From the IMG/VR virus record IMGVR_UViG_3300012940_000049, positions 1-40,347 of that record: a DNA stretch of 40,347 nt. The stretch is one strand, 5' to 3'. Below are positions 9,001 through 17,893 of this stretch, piece after piece. How positions within the stretch are numbered: position 1 is the first letter of the stretch; each line of letters begins with the position of its first letter. The stretch comes from a virus (Duplodnaviria; Caudoviricetes). The notes beneath the pieces were generated by a model. The model was not told the DNA's origin and searched no databases. It was given only the letters and a program-made list of their open reading frames with translations. The position numbers were made by a program, and so were the translations under genes.

Positions 9001-9034
9001 TGGTCAGCTTTGCCGCGCGAAGATCGTACGCCAT
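6008..9034 (-). CDS. large tail-tip / baseplate hub-like protein (1008 aa)
   Basis: Size and position between the distal tail genes and the fibre. Confidence 0.7.
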   Translation of the reverse strand: MAYDLRAAKLTTAVVRPIAGVAALTSATNKLRSDMQRRVVDAAAAQKIRDVIFGVAARGGQYAPRSPTFAGVDFGGRTPPVDLGAIGAVVSTPDGAPASEPFLHVRVTVRPTDTDQAEETYHYSDIDRPVGAGAQQIQLHGRVLDFSYAARRLSPTYGLARNTATLRLANNDRALDSLFRSPAWLRMHIDIRVGYRTIQPQFYRRVGPIWKVDRIGNITADYVELQLIDATEGMLGRLIPIPSKSDVAACLGYETFGRNFQVPNDNNPFAEVPFGGEWVRPFLLRKWQEGTASFNATLREYCLGITRNQTACMGTTTGAQLRAGIAPDNWRLGVLDSLEEPKTIRLIMGNGITRFPADHNGLLDVSIFSKPFTYTVDDPATGRVTRTWWAVIMRVREQNTANRISERAPWMADLGSWNSGRLLCQWPHGAEGRGWDSDPQGGRHDPASIIEEICARYMVGDGRAVIHRESFERVRNSYSWSGYEFLAGKLTGDETGATPWGSVDAAEFLSRLAQSWEVDLFWGADAKLHVSRATVSQWDMLHRVPGCPVYDATTDVIRNSWQERVPLGSERHGLTNKVTINDLKWYTWPSLVGNYSLDTRRENITGWERTLEGTTSYAWKNTAIVSANGATENFPALYAHNDLMANVVTFSAPLYALELELGEFFRTTHFAGFMSDGGYDQRLLMAEEIGLEWASKQVRIVALDMQQSEAASSSNAMLDDGRGWTRVAADGALAVVLSGGSVSASVSRLPTNTNNASNWTNHDYILSDSPDDPFVTTNFSGSTTLVVGGFFSEGDIPEDAEITAARIEIQVAITGSRSLWMDAYTNQGGFDQWIGDQIQLTAANAPGGVVSWSHSIDRIAPFLMPTYRVFLAPRGAGSGTISIGWVRVIVDYVKEGLATSVELRGTKFIAAGVRVGDLILIDDDERDIHENLEIVAVETTAEGLRVTVDVEPVAVGTFREFTVRRTHLDPPTDAEFPGRYPFGSSMYLRLADATTLKFSDGTPALRIA

Positions 9035-9037
9035 GAT

Positions 9038-9823
9038 CTACCCCTGTACGAAATCCACCTTAGCGGTGAGCACGCCGCTAGAGGTGGCGGAGCCCAGAAA
9101 CACGATGCAGCACAGGCACGCGCCAGGCTGCACGATGGGAAGGCCGAGCGAGATCCCATCCATCGCGGTGGGTGTGTTGGCGACGAATGGGACATCGACC
9201 AAGCGCCGCAGCATCACGAGTCCGATAGCACCGGACGCCTGCGCCACGCTCGATTGAAACGACACCACCGACTTGATGCGCGAGCCCGCCGGAAGATCGA
9301 ACGCGAGCATGCGCCCCGCCGTTCCGTTGGTGCCGTACGCAGTAGTGGCGGTGCGGAGCACGTCATTCTGGTCGAGGAATTCCACCGTCCACGTGGCGGC
9401 GGTGGTGTTGGCGAGCGTGGTGGTGATCGTAGCGTAAAGCTCTACGTTCTCACCATCCGCGTAGCGCTGCGCACCAACTGGGAACGTGATCGGGATCTTC
9501 GCCGTGCCGAACGCGCTAAGTGAATTCTCCCAGATGCGATCCGCGATGGAGACGATACAGCTGACGCTATCGATCCCCGCCACGCGCGCAATCTGCGTGG
9601 ACTCACCGCCCGTGGCATCGTTGATCGGAAACGCGCCAGCCGATGCGCGCGTGAGCAATTCGCCGTTGGCGCCTGACGTGACGGCGGGCGCTGCGGCGGG
9701 TGCTCCGCTCACGTGGTAGAGATCGGCGATTGCGTTGGCGACAAGCGTAACCGCCGCCTTGCGCGGCATTACCGACTGCGCTGTACCAAGCGCTGCAACA
9801 AGCTCATCCAGAGTAGCGATCAT
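9038..9823 (-). CDS. minor tail / virion structural protein
   Basis: Probable start MIATLDEL (ATG at 9823, GGAG RBS); beta-rich; within the tail operon. Confidence 0.65.
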   Translation of the reverse strand: MIATLDELVAALGTAQSVMPRKAAVTLVANAIADLYHVSGAPAAAPAVTSGANGELLTRASAGAFPINDATGGESTQIARVAGIDSVSCIVSIADRIWENSLSAFGTAKIPITFPVGAQRYADGENVELYATITTTLANTTAATWTVEFLDQNDVLRTATTAYGTNGTAGRMLAFDLPAGSRIKSVVSFQSSVAQASGAIGLVMLRRLVDVPFVANTPTAMDGISLGLPIVQPGACLCCIVFLGSATSSGVLTAKVDFVQG

Positions 9824-9824
9824 T

Positions 9825-10658
9825 CTAGGCTCCCGTCGCTCCGAACGGATCTTCCGTGAACTGGAATTCAACACCAGAGTATCTGATCCGCGTGTCGGCC
9901 ACGCCCGCAGTAGCGACTGGCACAGCCGTACGCCGCCAGGTGGGGGCGGTGAATCGACCGAGCATCACGTACTGACGGCGGAGCGGATCAGGCATGAGCA
10001 GGAACGATCGCACGCGGCCCTGCACGTGGCGGCGGAACATCTCCAGATCCTCCACCGTCGCGCGCTCAAGCGCTGGCGCGAAGCTACCGCGTAGCACTCT
10101 GCGCTGCGCCAGGTAGTGCGCGTGCGGCGCGCCGAACTCACTTTCCGAGAAGCTATCGATCACGTCCGTACCTTCCTCAAGGCCCCACACGAATGGCGGC
10201 AGCGCTGCGGAAGTACCAAGCCACCACTGGCCCAACGTGAACGGCTTGCCGTCCACAGTGCTGCCGCTCACGGACAACCGCGCGTAACGCCGAGTAGTGG
10301 TGGGGAACACCTGGTAGAACGCCCCCTCGTACACGCTAAGTGGTAACGACTCCCACGGCCCCACGGGCGTGTTGCCGAAGTGCAGCGTAACCGTAGCCGT
10401 GTCACGGAGGTTGTGGTTGATCAGCGCAACCAGATTCATGGGCTGCGCTGTCTGCAGCATGGCGCCGATCGTGCCGGAACCAACTGCGCTGAAACGGCAA
10501 ACGGTCCCCGCCCTCCCATCCGCCACGTGGGCGGGAGGGAAGGCGGGGACGTGATAGGCCAGCTGCGTGGGGGACGTGGGGCGGGCTGGATTGATCCCGC
10601 TCCACACCTCAAGTGACGCGGTAGCTAGCAGGTTAGTAGCGGAGTAGGTCGCTGCCAT
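9825..10658 (-). CDS. distal tail-like protein
   Basis: Probable start MAATYS at 10658; directly follows the tape measure gene. Confidence 0.65.
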   Translation of the reverse strand: MAATYSATNLLATASLEVWSGINPARPTSPTQLAYHVPAFPPAHVADGRAGTVCRFSAVGSGTIGAMLQTAQPMNLVALINHNLRDTATVTLHFGNTPVGPWESLPLSVYEGAFYQVFPTTTRRYARLSVSGSTVDGKPFTLGQWWLGTSAALPPFVWGLEEGTDVIDSFSESEFGAPHAHYLAQRRVLRGSFAPALERATVEDLEMFRRHVQGRVRSFLLMPDPLRRQYVMLGRFTAPTWRRTAVPVATAGVADTRIRYSGVEFQFTEDPFGATGA

Positions 10659-10659
10659 G

Positions 10660-13131
10660 TCATCCCCTTGCAGACACCTTGTGCGGATCAAGGCCGAGTT
10701 GCCGGATGACGGTTGACACGTTGTCGATAGCCATCTGGCGGAACACCCCGGCGAACTCGCGGATCAGCAAATCACGCTGGTACAGCGTACCGTTGAAGTT
10801 GTTTTCCTGCGTGAACGTGACGGCGGTTGACCCGCTACTACGTAGAGCACCAGCGCCCAACACCTTGGCTCCAGCCCTACGCGCAGCAGCGAGATCGACA
10901 ACCCCGTCTTTCAGCTGATCGAAGAAGCCAGCACCGAAGCGCCCAGTTGTTAGAGGGTCATTCACGAATTCACCGCCGCGCACCGACACCACCTTGTTGT
11001 CGCGCCCTGACGTGCGCGCGCCGCCGACAAGGCCACCTTCCGCGAATGCGCCAGCGAACATCGAAAACAGTTGGCCGAACGGCTGCGCGCCGGGGATGAA
11101 TGAGAGGATGGATGAGAACAACTTGAACCACGTGCGGATCATGGCCTTAGCGGGATCGCCGCTAGCAGCCTCATTCATTCCATCGATGATCGCCTGACCC
11201 ATGCCCGCGCCGAATTGCGCCGCCTGTGATAGCTCCTGCGTACGCGCTTCCGCGATCTGGTTATTCAGCTGCAGTTCAAGCGCAACGCGACGTGCCGCGG
11301 CGTTCTCATGCGAGATAAGCTTGTCCTGTTCCGCGCGCCTTACCTGCTCCACCTCCGCCGCGTTCGCCAAGCGGATCGCATCCATGCGCTTACCCGTTGC
11401 GTCCGCCATCATCGCCGCGGTTTGCGCTGCGTAGTCCTGCGCCGCGCGCTGCTCCTTGCGATCGATCTCCGCGAGGTCCGCTGTCAGCTGTGCGCGGATC
11501 AGCTTGCGCCGTTCAGCCAAGGCGGACTCGCCGTGCTCCATGATGTTGGCGCGGGTGTTGAGCGCTTCGATCTCCGCCGACGCACGCAGCCGCAACTGCT
11601 CGCGCTCATCACGACTGATGCGCGCCTGGATCGCTGCGGACTCCGCCGCCCACTTGAGCGCCGCAAGCTTCTTGCCTTCATGGATGGTGGCGAGATCCGC
11701 TTGCAGCTGCATGTCTAGCGCGGTCTGGCGGGAGGTGAATTCGTCCTGCGTGATCCCACCCATCTTGAGAGGCTTAGCGAGTAGCGCGCGCAGCCGCTCT
11801 ATCTCCGCCGTGTATTCCAGCACGCGCTTGCGCTCGGCATCGCCAACCACGTCAAGCTTGATCGCTTCGGTGGCGTGGGCGAACTCCTTACGCTTGAGAG
11901 CCAGGTCCGCCTCACGTGCAGCGATCTCACGAAGCTTACGCGCATACTCGTTGTACGCGTTCATCGTGGCCTGCATGTGGTTGGGCTCGGTGATCTTCCT
12001 ATCGGATAGCTGCCCGTTCAACTCGGTAAGCTTGGCGCGTAGTTCGGCAGCGGCGGCGCCCCGCTCATCCTCGGAAATTCGTGCGGCATCCGCCTGCAAA
12101 CGCATTCCCGCCAAAGCATCGGAGTAGACCTTTACCGCCTTGGTCTGCTCTTCCTTTATCTGGATTTCGCGGCGCTCCGCATCGGAGAGCATATCCGTAG
12201 CTTCGGTGAGTCTAAGGATCTGGCGCTCGTTGTCGGCAAGGTCCAGCGTCACCTGCTCTACACGCTTGGAGTAGGCGGGAAGGTCGCGCTCTTGCTGGTT
12301 TAGGGAACTGACCAGCCAACCCTGGCCCGCCTCCACCCGCTTCTTGGTGTCGGCTAGCTGCGCTTCCGCCTGCTTGCGCTCTTTCTCCGCAGCATCCAGA
12401 TCCGCAAGAAGCTTGGCGCGTGCGTGCTCCAGGTTGCCCACGGTGGCGCGGCCCTCCGACACCTCCGCGGATGGCTTCTCAAGTTCGTAGCGCGCACGCA
12501 GCGCAGCGTTGATCTTGGCTGTCACAGCATCGACGTTGCGCCCAATTTCCTTGAACAGCTTTCCGGCGGCGGCGGTTGGATCGATGCCCTCCATCGCGGC
12601 CAGGTTGGCGATCTCACCAGACAGCCCGCGAACTTCCGAGACTGTAAGACCCGCCTCCAGACCAAGCCGGATGATGTCCTGTGACGCGAGACGATCCACG
12701 CTGGCGCCCGCCCTGGTAAGCGAGCGCTCAAGGTCATCCACCGCCTCCCGAGTCACGCCGAACTTGACACTAAGCTGGCTAAGCTGCGCTTCCGCCGCCT
12801 TGAATTTTTGCCACTGTTCCGCGGCGTAGCCTACCGCCTGGAACGCTGCCGCAAGTCCAACACCAGCAACGCCTCCAACAAGGAATGCTTCCGCCAGGTT
12901 TTTTACCTGGCCCGCCGCCCCGGAAAACGCAGCGCCACCTACGCTAGACACCTGGCGGAAGGATGAACCGAACTTCTCCAGCGCATCGGGGAGTTTCTTG
13001 ATCTGGATGCCAGCGCCGCCAACCTTCTCACCTAGCCGCGTAGCCTCTACATCTACGATCCGCTGTGCCTTCCTGAAATCACCGGACAACTGATCAGAGT
13101 TGCCACGGATATTCACCACCACATCAGCCAT
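10660..13131 (-). CDS. tail tape measure protein (823 aa)
   Basis: Long Ala/Glu/Leu/Arg helical protein after the chaperone genes; C-terminal FAEGGLV...GGEFV motif typical of tape measure proteins. Confidence 0.9.
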   Translation of the reverse strand: MADVVVNIRGNSDQLSGDFRKAQRIVDVEATRLGEKVGGAGIQIKKLPDALEKFGSSFRQVSSVGGAAFSGAAGQVKNLAEAFLVGGVAGVGLAAAFQAVGYAAEQWQKFKAAEAQLSQLSVKFGVTREAVDDLERSLTRAGASVDRLASQDIIRLGLEAGLTVSEVRGLSGEIANLAAMEGIDPTAAAGKLFKEIGRNVDAVTAKINAALRARYELEKPSAEVSEGRATVGNLEHARAKLLADLDAAEKERKQAEAQLADTKKRVEAGQGWLVSSLNQQERDLPAYSKRVEQVTLDLADNERQILRLTEATDMLSDAERREIQIKEEQTKAVKVYSDALAGMRLQADAARISEDERGAAAAELRAKLTELNGQLSDRKITEPNHMQATMNAYNEYARKLREIAAREADLALKRKEFAHATEAIKLDVVGDAERKRVLEYTAEIERLRALLAKPLKMGGITQDEFTSRQTALDMQLQADLATIHEGKKLAALKWAAESAAIQARISRDEREQLRLRASAEIEALNTRANIMEHGESALAERRKLIRAQLTADLAEIDRKEQRAAQDYAAQTAAMMADATGKRMDAIRLANAAEVEQVRRAEQDKLISHENAAARRVALELQLNNQIAEARTQELSQAAQFGAGMGQAIIDGMNEAASGDPAKAMIRTWFKLFSSILSFIPGAQPFGQLFSMFAGAFAEGGLVGGARTSGRDNKVVSVRGGEFVNDPLTTGRFGAGFFDQLKDGVVDLAAARRAGAKVLGAGALRSSGSTAVTFTQENNFNGTLYQRDLLIREFAGVFRQMAIDNVSTVIRQLGLDPHKVSARG

Positions 13132-13136
13132 AGCGG

Positions 13137-13490
13137 CTACTCCTTAGCCCCGCGCGACATCAACGCAGAAAGGCACATCAGGCGATGCTTGATCGTATCC
13201 TGATCAGTGGGCGCGCGCTGCTCCGCGTGGGCATCGGCCAGCCACGGAAACACATCCTCCGCGCGCAACGGATCGGGGTGCGTCTCTTGGTTGCGCCACG
13301 GCTCAAGCAACCAGGTAACGGCGTGCGCTAGGCGGAAATCCTGATCACGCTGCAGAACTTGGCGCCGCTTGATCAAGGCGCCAAGTTCTGCAGGTGTGAG
13401 CCGCCAGAACTCAAGATCAGTGATCCCGAGATCGATACGCGCTAGGCTCCAGAGGTGGGCCCATCCGATGCCTGGGCCTGCGGAGGGTGG
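13137..13490 (-). CDS. tail assembly chaperone gpT-like segment, probably expressed by -1 frameshift from the upstream gene
   Basis: The -1 frame reads ...GWAHLWSLARIDLGITDLEFWRLTPAELGALIKRR... and contains the EFWxLTPxE signature upstream of the TTG picked by the ORF track. Confidence 0.75.
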   Translation of the reverse strand, partial: PPSAGPGIGWAHLWSLARIDLGITDLEFWRLTPAELGALIKRRQVLQRDQDFRLAHAVTWLLEPWRNQETHPDPLRAEDVFPWLADAHAEQRAPTDQDTIKHRLMCLSALMSRGAKE

Positions 13491-13798
13491 GCGGAATCTT
13501 CGTCCGCCTCACCGGCCGACTGCTTGAGCGCGAGCATGATCGCATCCGCCAGCGCTGCGTAGTCGCGCAGAAAGATCCCCTGCTCCACATCGCGCAGCGT
13601 GAGCGTGGGCGCGGCGTGAGCTACGCCCGCCCACAGCGAGACAACGAAGAACGCTGTGTCGCGCAGGTCATCGCTCGTATAGCCATCCCGCAGGATGCTC
13701 TTTCCCGTGCGATCCTCGATAGCGCGGAAGGCCGCAAAATCGTAGCGCAGCGCGTACGCGTTACCGCCGATCGTCACCAGTACCGGCTTGTCCAACAC
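13442..13798 (-). CDS. tail assembly chaperone gpG-like
   Basis: GTG start at 13798 with GAGG RBS; VTIGGNAYALRYDFAAFRAIEDRTGKS; lies between the tail tube and tape measure genes. Confidence 0.8.
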   Translation of the reverse strand: MLDKPVLVTIGGNAYALRYDFAAFRAIEDRTGKSILRDGYTSDDLRDTAFFVVSLWAGVAHAAPTLTLRDVEQGIFLRDYAALADAIMLALKQSAGEADEDSAHPPQAQASDGPTSGA

Positions 13799-13812
13799 GG
13801 TAGCACCTCGCT

Positions 13813-14319
13813 TTACGGAGTAACCGCAGCCACCCACTTGAGCGGGCCAGTGACATCCAGAGTGAGCACGCCCTCATGCAGCCCGTTGACGGTTGCCTTG
13901 CTCGGCTTCCACGACTGCACGATCGCGGAGAACTGGCAACCGCTACCGAGGACATCTTCGGCCACGGTGGCATCGTTAGCGTTGGCCTGCGTGAATTCGA
14001 TCTGGAACTTCTTGGTAAGTCCAGCCGCACCGTAGAGCGCCACGATCTCCGCCGAGTTGGGCGCGTAGCGAATGGTGAAAGTCACCTGGCCGGAATCGAG
14101 CAGCGAACCAAGCTTTTCCTTGAACGCTGTACCAGCGCCACCCACACCAGCGCCGGGGCTTTCCATGTGCGTGGTATCGATCACGTCCGCGGTAAAGCCG
14201 GGGATCTCCACATCGAACACATCGCCAAGCCGAACGTCGTACGTGCCAGGCGTGGTGCCCTCCATGCGGATAACCGTGCCGTTGGACGTTACAGCCTTAG
14301 AAACACTCCGCGTAGCCAT
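13813..14319 (-). CDS. major tail (tube) protein
   Basis: IDTTHMES...KEKLGSLLDSGQVTFT...LDVTG motif of lambda/HK97-like tube proteins; GGAG RBS. Confidence 0.85.
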   Translation of the reverse strand: MATRSVSKAVTSNGTVIRMEGTTPGTYDVRLGDVFDVEIPGFTADVIDTTHMESPGAGVGGAGTAFKEKLGSLLDSGQVTFTIRYAPNSAEIVALYGAAGLTKKFQIEFTQANANDATVAEDVLGSGCQFSAIVQSWKPSKATVNGLHEGVLTLDVTGPLKWVAAVTP

Positions 14320-14328
14320 ATCTACTCC

Positions 14329-14754
14329 TTACCCGCTTACGCGGGCGGTCACATCGTAATCCGTGGCGTACTGCCAAAGATCGATCTCGATGGATGGCGG
14401 GACCGCCTCCATCCTGCCACCTGTTATCGACTGCAACTCCACATTGCCGACGATCACACGTCTACCTAGCAACGCCTCCCGCACAGCCCACGCCAATTCT
14501 CGCGCTACCGTGTTGCCGCCTTTCCCGGCGGTGGGGCGGGCCCACGCGCTGATCTGCAGCACCAGGAAGAACAGCCCGCCGCTGCCATCGTGGTTTGTGT
14601 CGGCGGGCTGATCATCCTGCACCCACAGCGTGATGCACGGGTACTCCGCTGTTGCGTCGGGCAGCGTCTGTTGGTGGATTCTGTTACCGACTAGCGCAGC
14701 AACGGCGGGGTCAGCCAGGAGAAGATCGCGGATCGCACCCTCTGGCGTTTTCAC
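14329..14754 (-). CDS. tail completion/terminator protein (DUF3168-like)
   Basis: LLADPAVAALVGNRIH...YPCITL...LQISAW. Confidence 0.85.
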   Translation of the reverse strand: MKTPEGAIRDLLLADPAVAALVGNRIHQQTLPDATAEYPCITLWVQDDQPADTNHDGSGGLFFLVLQISAWARPTAGKGGNTVARELAWAVREALLGRRVIVGNVELQSITGGRMEAVPPSIEIDLWQYATDYDVTARVSG

Positions 14755-15326
14755 TTTCCCAAGCCCTCCTTGGCTAACACCTTAGCGATCTCCGCTTCGG
14801 CAACCTTGAGCATCGCATCCACCGCCTCCCGCTGACCGTCTCTGATGGCGGGGCGCACGAATGGCTGCGGCTGAATGCGGCCGGTGAATCCACGCGCTCC
14901 GTCAGCTACTTTCTTGCGGTAACGAGTTAGCGTGCCGAACTTCGCGCCGCCGATCTCAACTTCCTCGCGGAAGCGCAGGATCGTCCCGTACTCTACCCAC
15001 CGCCAGAAGAACGCATCCTGTTTCACGTTCGATCGGCGGTTGGGCTTCTTGATCATCACGCGTGCGATCAGGTTGCCGGAGCGCGTGCGGTCAACTCTGA
15101 TGAGCACGTTCTTAGAGAGCACGCGCCGCGCGTTAGCGTTTAGGCGGAGCCCGCGTGCGTTGTCTCGGATGCGGCGGCGGAAGAAGGCCGCGCCCGTGCG
15201 CAGCGTCTTACGTACTACGCTGGTTTCGATCTTCTTCGGCAGCCCATCCAGCTTGGCCTTTAGTTTGTCCAGGCCCTCGATGTCTATGCGGATGGCTCCG
15301 CGCTGGAGGATCTTTTCACGCGCCAC
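14751..15326 (-). CDS. HK97 gp10-like neck protein
   Basis: Probable GTG start at 15326; IEGLDKLKAKL...FFWRWVEYGT...QPFVRPA. Confidence 0.85.
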   Translation of the reverse strand: MAREKILQRGAIRIDIEGLDKLKAKLDGLPKKIETSVVRKTLRTGAAFFRRRIRDNARGLRLNANARRVLSKNVLIRVDRTRSGNLIARVMIKKPNRRSNVKQDAFFWRWVEYGTILRFREEVEIGGAKFGTLTRYRKKVADGARGFTGRIQPQPFVRPAIRDGQREAVDAMLKVAEAEIAKVLAKEGLGK

Positions 15327-15666
15327 TGGTGAGCACTCCTGCAACGCCCACCTGCTCCGCCATGATCTCCAGGCTGCCGTCACCGCCACGCGGGGAGATC
15401 CCGAGGATGCGCCAGGCGTTGCCGTGATAGATGATGCGCCAATCCGATTGCACATCGTCTCGGTAGCGCATGCGAAACGTTGACGTGCGCGCCGCCATCT
15501 CCTTTGGCGCCTGTGCACGCTTGCTGGCGGAGAGGGTGATTTCCTCCGCCCACACGGTGCGGACGGTGCGCCACTCTTTTGCAGTCCCGCCCTCTGCATC
15601 GGGCGTCTCCACCTGGCGCTGCAGCGTCACCCGTGACCGCATCTTTCCCGCTTCGATCGGGCTCAC
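15316..15666 (-). CDS. head closure protein (SPP1 gp16-like)
   Basis: AGKMRSRVTLQ...TVWAE...FRMRYRDDV...WRI. Confidence 0.88.
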   Translation of the reverse strand: MSPIEAGKMRSRVTLQRQVETPDAEGGTAKEWRTVRTVWAEEITLSASKRAQAPKEMAARTSTFRMRYRDDVQSDWRIIYHGNAWRILGISPRGGDGSLEIMAEQVGVAGVLTSGA

Positions 15667-16322
15667 GTGAACACCCTGTGTAACGCATAGAGGTTATCGA
15701 TCGCGGCCCACTGTACGAACCCGCCAACGTATCCGGTAACGGGCTCACGGTTGGCGTACAGGTAGCCCACGTGCAGCAAGATCCCGTGGCGGATCGCAGC
15801 GGGGGTGTGGCCCGCCGCGTAGCCCGCGGTGAAGTCCACGGACACAACGCCGGGGCGATCCGTTGCGAGCGCAGGCCAGCCGCGCAGCATCACTACGCGC
15901 CCCGGCTCACTGGCGGTATCTACCGCGTAATCGCTAGCCGCCATCTCTTGCGCGGCGCCAGCTGGATCGATGTAGCGGACGGCATCCACGCGCTGCAGCG
16001 GCGGGAGCGGGAGCCGCAGCCCGTTGCGCGTGAGCGTGACGGAGCACACACCCTGCCCGAACTGCACGGGGATCTCTACCTCTGGATGCAGCCGAGGTGC
16101 GCCGATGCGCCCGATGGGCGGGCCGTCCAGCGTGAGCCGATAGCCAGCGGTGGCGATGGCTCTACCTGTGAAACCCTCCGCGTACTCTGTAGCAGCGCGG
16201 ATCATCGACGCGATGAGCGTATCTTCTTCGTCTCCGTCAACGCGTAGGTGCAGCTTAGCTTCCGCCAGGCTCACGGGATCTACGGTGGGCGGCACCACCA
16301 ACTGCAGCGCGTAGGATGCCAT
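15663..16322 (-). CDS. head-tail adaptor (HK97 gp6-like, long form)
   Basis: Probable start MASYAL at 16322; PVSLAEAKLHLRVD...AATEYAE...YLYANRE. Confidence 0.88.
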   Translation of the reverse strand: MASYALQLVVPPTVDPVSLAEAKLHLRVDGDEEDTLIASMIRAATEYAEGFTGRAIATAGYRLTLDGPPIGRIGAPRLHPEVEIPVQFGQGVCSVTLTRNGLRLPLPPLQRVDAVRYIDPAGAAQEMAASDYAVDTASEPGRVVMLRGWPALATDRPGVVSVDFTAGYAAGHTPAAIRHGILLHVGYLYANREPVTGYVGGFVQWAAIDNLYALHRVFT

Positions 16323-16326
16323 CACG

Positions 16327-16566
16327 CTACCTCTTATTTTTTCTGGTGTTGCGCGTAGTGGGCGGCGGTGCAGGAGCGGCGGGCGTATCGAATTCCTCCG
16401 CCGCTTCTTCCTCATCCTGCGTGGGGGCGGGCGATTCATCAGCGAAAACCGCCCGCTCCCCGTCGCACCACTTATGCGCCTCATCGTCGGGCATATCCAC
16501 CACCTGATCCTTGCGGTATCCGGCGGTGGCATCAGCGACGGCGACGAGAAAACGAACCTTACGCAT
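16327..16566 (-). CDS. small protein after the capsid gene
   Basis: AGGAG RBS; small globular N-terminus with an acidic/basic low-complexity tail, a common type in this position. Confidence 0.7.
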   Translation of the reverse strand: MRKVRFLVAVADATAGYRKDQVVDMPDDEAHKWCDGERAVFADESPAPTQDEEEAAEEFDTPAAPAPPPTTRNTRKNKR

Positions 16567-16590
16567 TAGTGGCTTGTCTCCTACTACGTG

Positions 16591-17826
16591 TTAGCTGGCG
16601 GGATGCTTGTACGCCTTGACCGCTCCGCCCACGTCCAGCAGCTTGCCGTCGTGCCGCGAGAACGCGAGAAAACCAACCTGACCTTTGCGCGTGAAGTTGC
16701 TGTCAGCCATGCGGAACAGCATCACCTGCATCACATCGCGGATCAGGTAGGTGGAGAACTGGCCGAACAGGATCGACTTGGCGTTCGCCGCGGGAACGGG
16801 CATGTGCTGATTGATCGTGTACGGATACCGCATCAGCGTATTGGGTTCACCCTGGGTATAACCGGGCAGCCACAGCGGACGGCCCTGGGTATCGACCAGC
16901 TTCTTCGCGGCGCGAAGAACATCATCGTGGAACATCCAGCCGCAACCGTTTGCGCGGTAGGCGGGGTCAACACTGTGCTCCAGATCGATCAGGTCGTTGA
17001 TCAGGAACGATGTAACCTGACCAGCCTTGCCGGTAACACCAACTGCCGACGCGGTGACGATGCCTTCCGGCTGGCCGGAGCCCGTACCCGTCGTGAACAG
17101 CCGGTTGGTGATGCGCCCGATGCGCAGCGCCAGGCGCGTACGGATGTGATCCTCAATGTTGATCGCCGAGTCCTGCAGCAACTCAAACGGGACCGCGATC
17201 TCCTTGCTGGAGAACTTGTAAGCGCCAACCGCCTTGGTGCCGAAAGTGAAATCCTGCGCGGTAGCCGCAGCGTTCTCCGCAACGATTTCGCCTTCCTCGT
17301 TGCTGCTATCGGTGGTGGGGTGATCGAACGGAGCGCCGGTCGCGGTAGCCATCACAGTGGCAACCTCACGCATCCCGCCGAACGCCTTGAGCGCGTCAAG
17401 GAGCGTAGCGGAAAACTCACGCGGAACCGTGTAGCCGCCTTCCGCGGGAACGCCCGTGGACATGGCAGCCTGCACAGCGCGCTGCCGCACCTCCTGGCGA
17501 TCCTCGGGCGACAACGCCTCCACACCACCGCGCAGCCACGCAGCCAGGATCTCCCGCTCGCGCTCCGCCTGGTGATCGACGGTGCGGCCCGCGGCCTGTG
17601 CGCGGCCCTCCAGCGCGTGCGCAGTCTGCGCCTCCATGTCGAGGATGCGCTGTTCGTTGGCGATCTCCAGATCCAGATCCATGATCTGATCAGACAGCGT
17701 GTTGTAACGCTTCTGGTTCTCGCCGTCCTTACCGCCCCACGCATGCTTGTTGTTCTCGTGGTGGTTGAGCAGTTCCTTTGCGAGCGCCTGCCGCTTCTCC
17801 CGCTTCTGCTGAATCGACATACCCAT
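16591..17826 (-). CDS. major capsid protein, HK97 fold with N-terminal delta domain
   Basis: EGGYTVP...ELLQDSAINIE...GTGSGQPEG...GRPLW; coiled-coil N-terminus; start at ATG 17826 or 17820. Confidence 0.95.
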   Translation of the reverse strand: MGMSIQQKREKRQALAKELLNHHENNKHAWGGKDGENQKRYNTLSDQIMDLDLEIANEQRILDMEAQTAHALEGRAQAAGRTVDHQAEREREILAAWLRGGVEALSPEDRQEVRQRAVQAAMSTGVPAEGGYTVPREFSATLLDALKAFGGMREVATVMATATGAPFDHPTTDSSNEEGEIVAENAAATAQDFTFGTKAVGAYKFSSKEIAVPFELLQDSAINIEDHIRTRLALRIGRITNRLFTTGTGSGQPEGIVTASAVGVTGKAGQVTSFLINDLIDLEHSVDPAYRANGCGWMFHDDVLRAAKKLVDTQGRPLWLPGYTQGEPNTLMRYPYTINQHMPVPAANAKSILFGQFSTYLIRDVMQVMLFRMADSNFTRKGQVGFLAFSRHDGKLLDVGGAVKAYKHPAS

Positions 17827-17893
17827 TTGCCTTGCTCCTGCGCCATCGTGGCGCCTACTACAAACAAATAGCCCTACAGACTTACCTACGTTC

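Noticed and set aside
16588-17871. 427-aa antisense ORF opposite the capsid gene (similarly 8471-9523, 31451-32710, 32182-33279)
   Set aside because: Shadow ORFs with no recognisable domain. Unlike the nested MTase ORF, they supply no missing motif.
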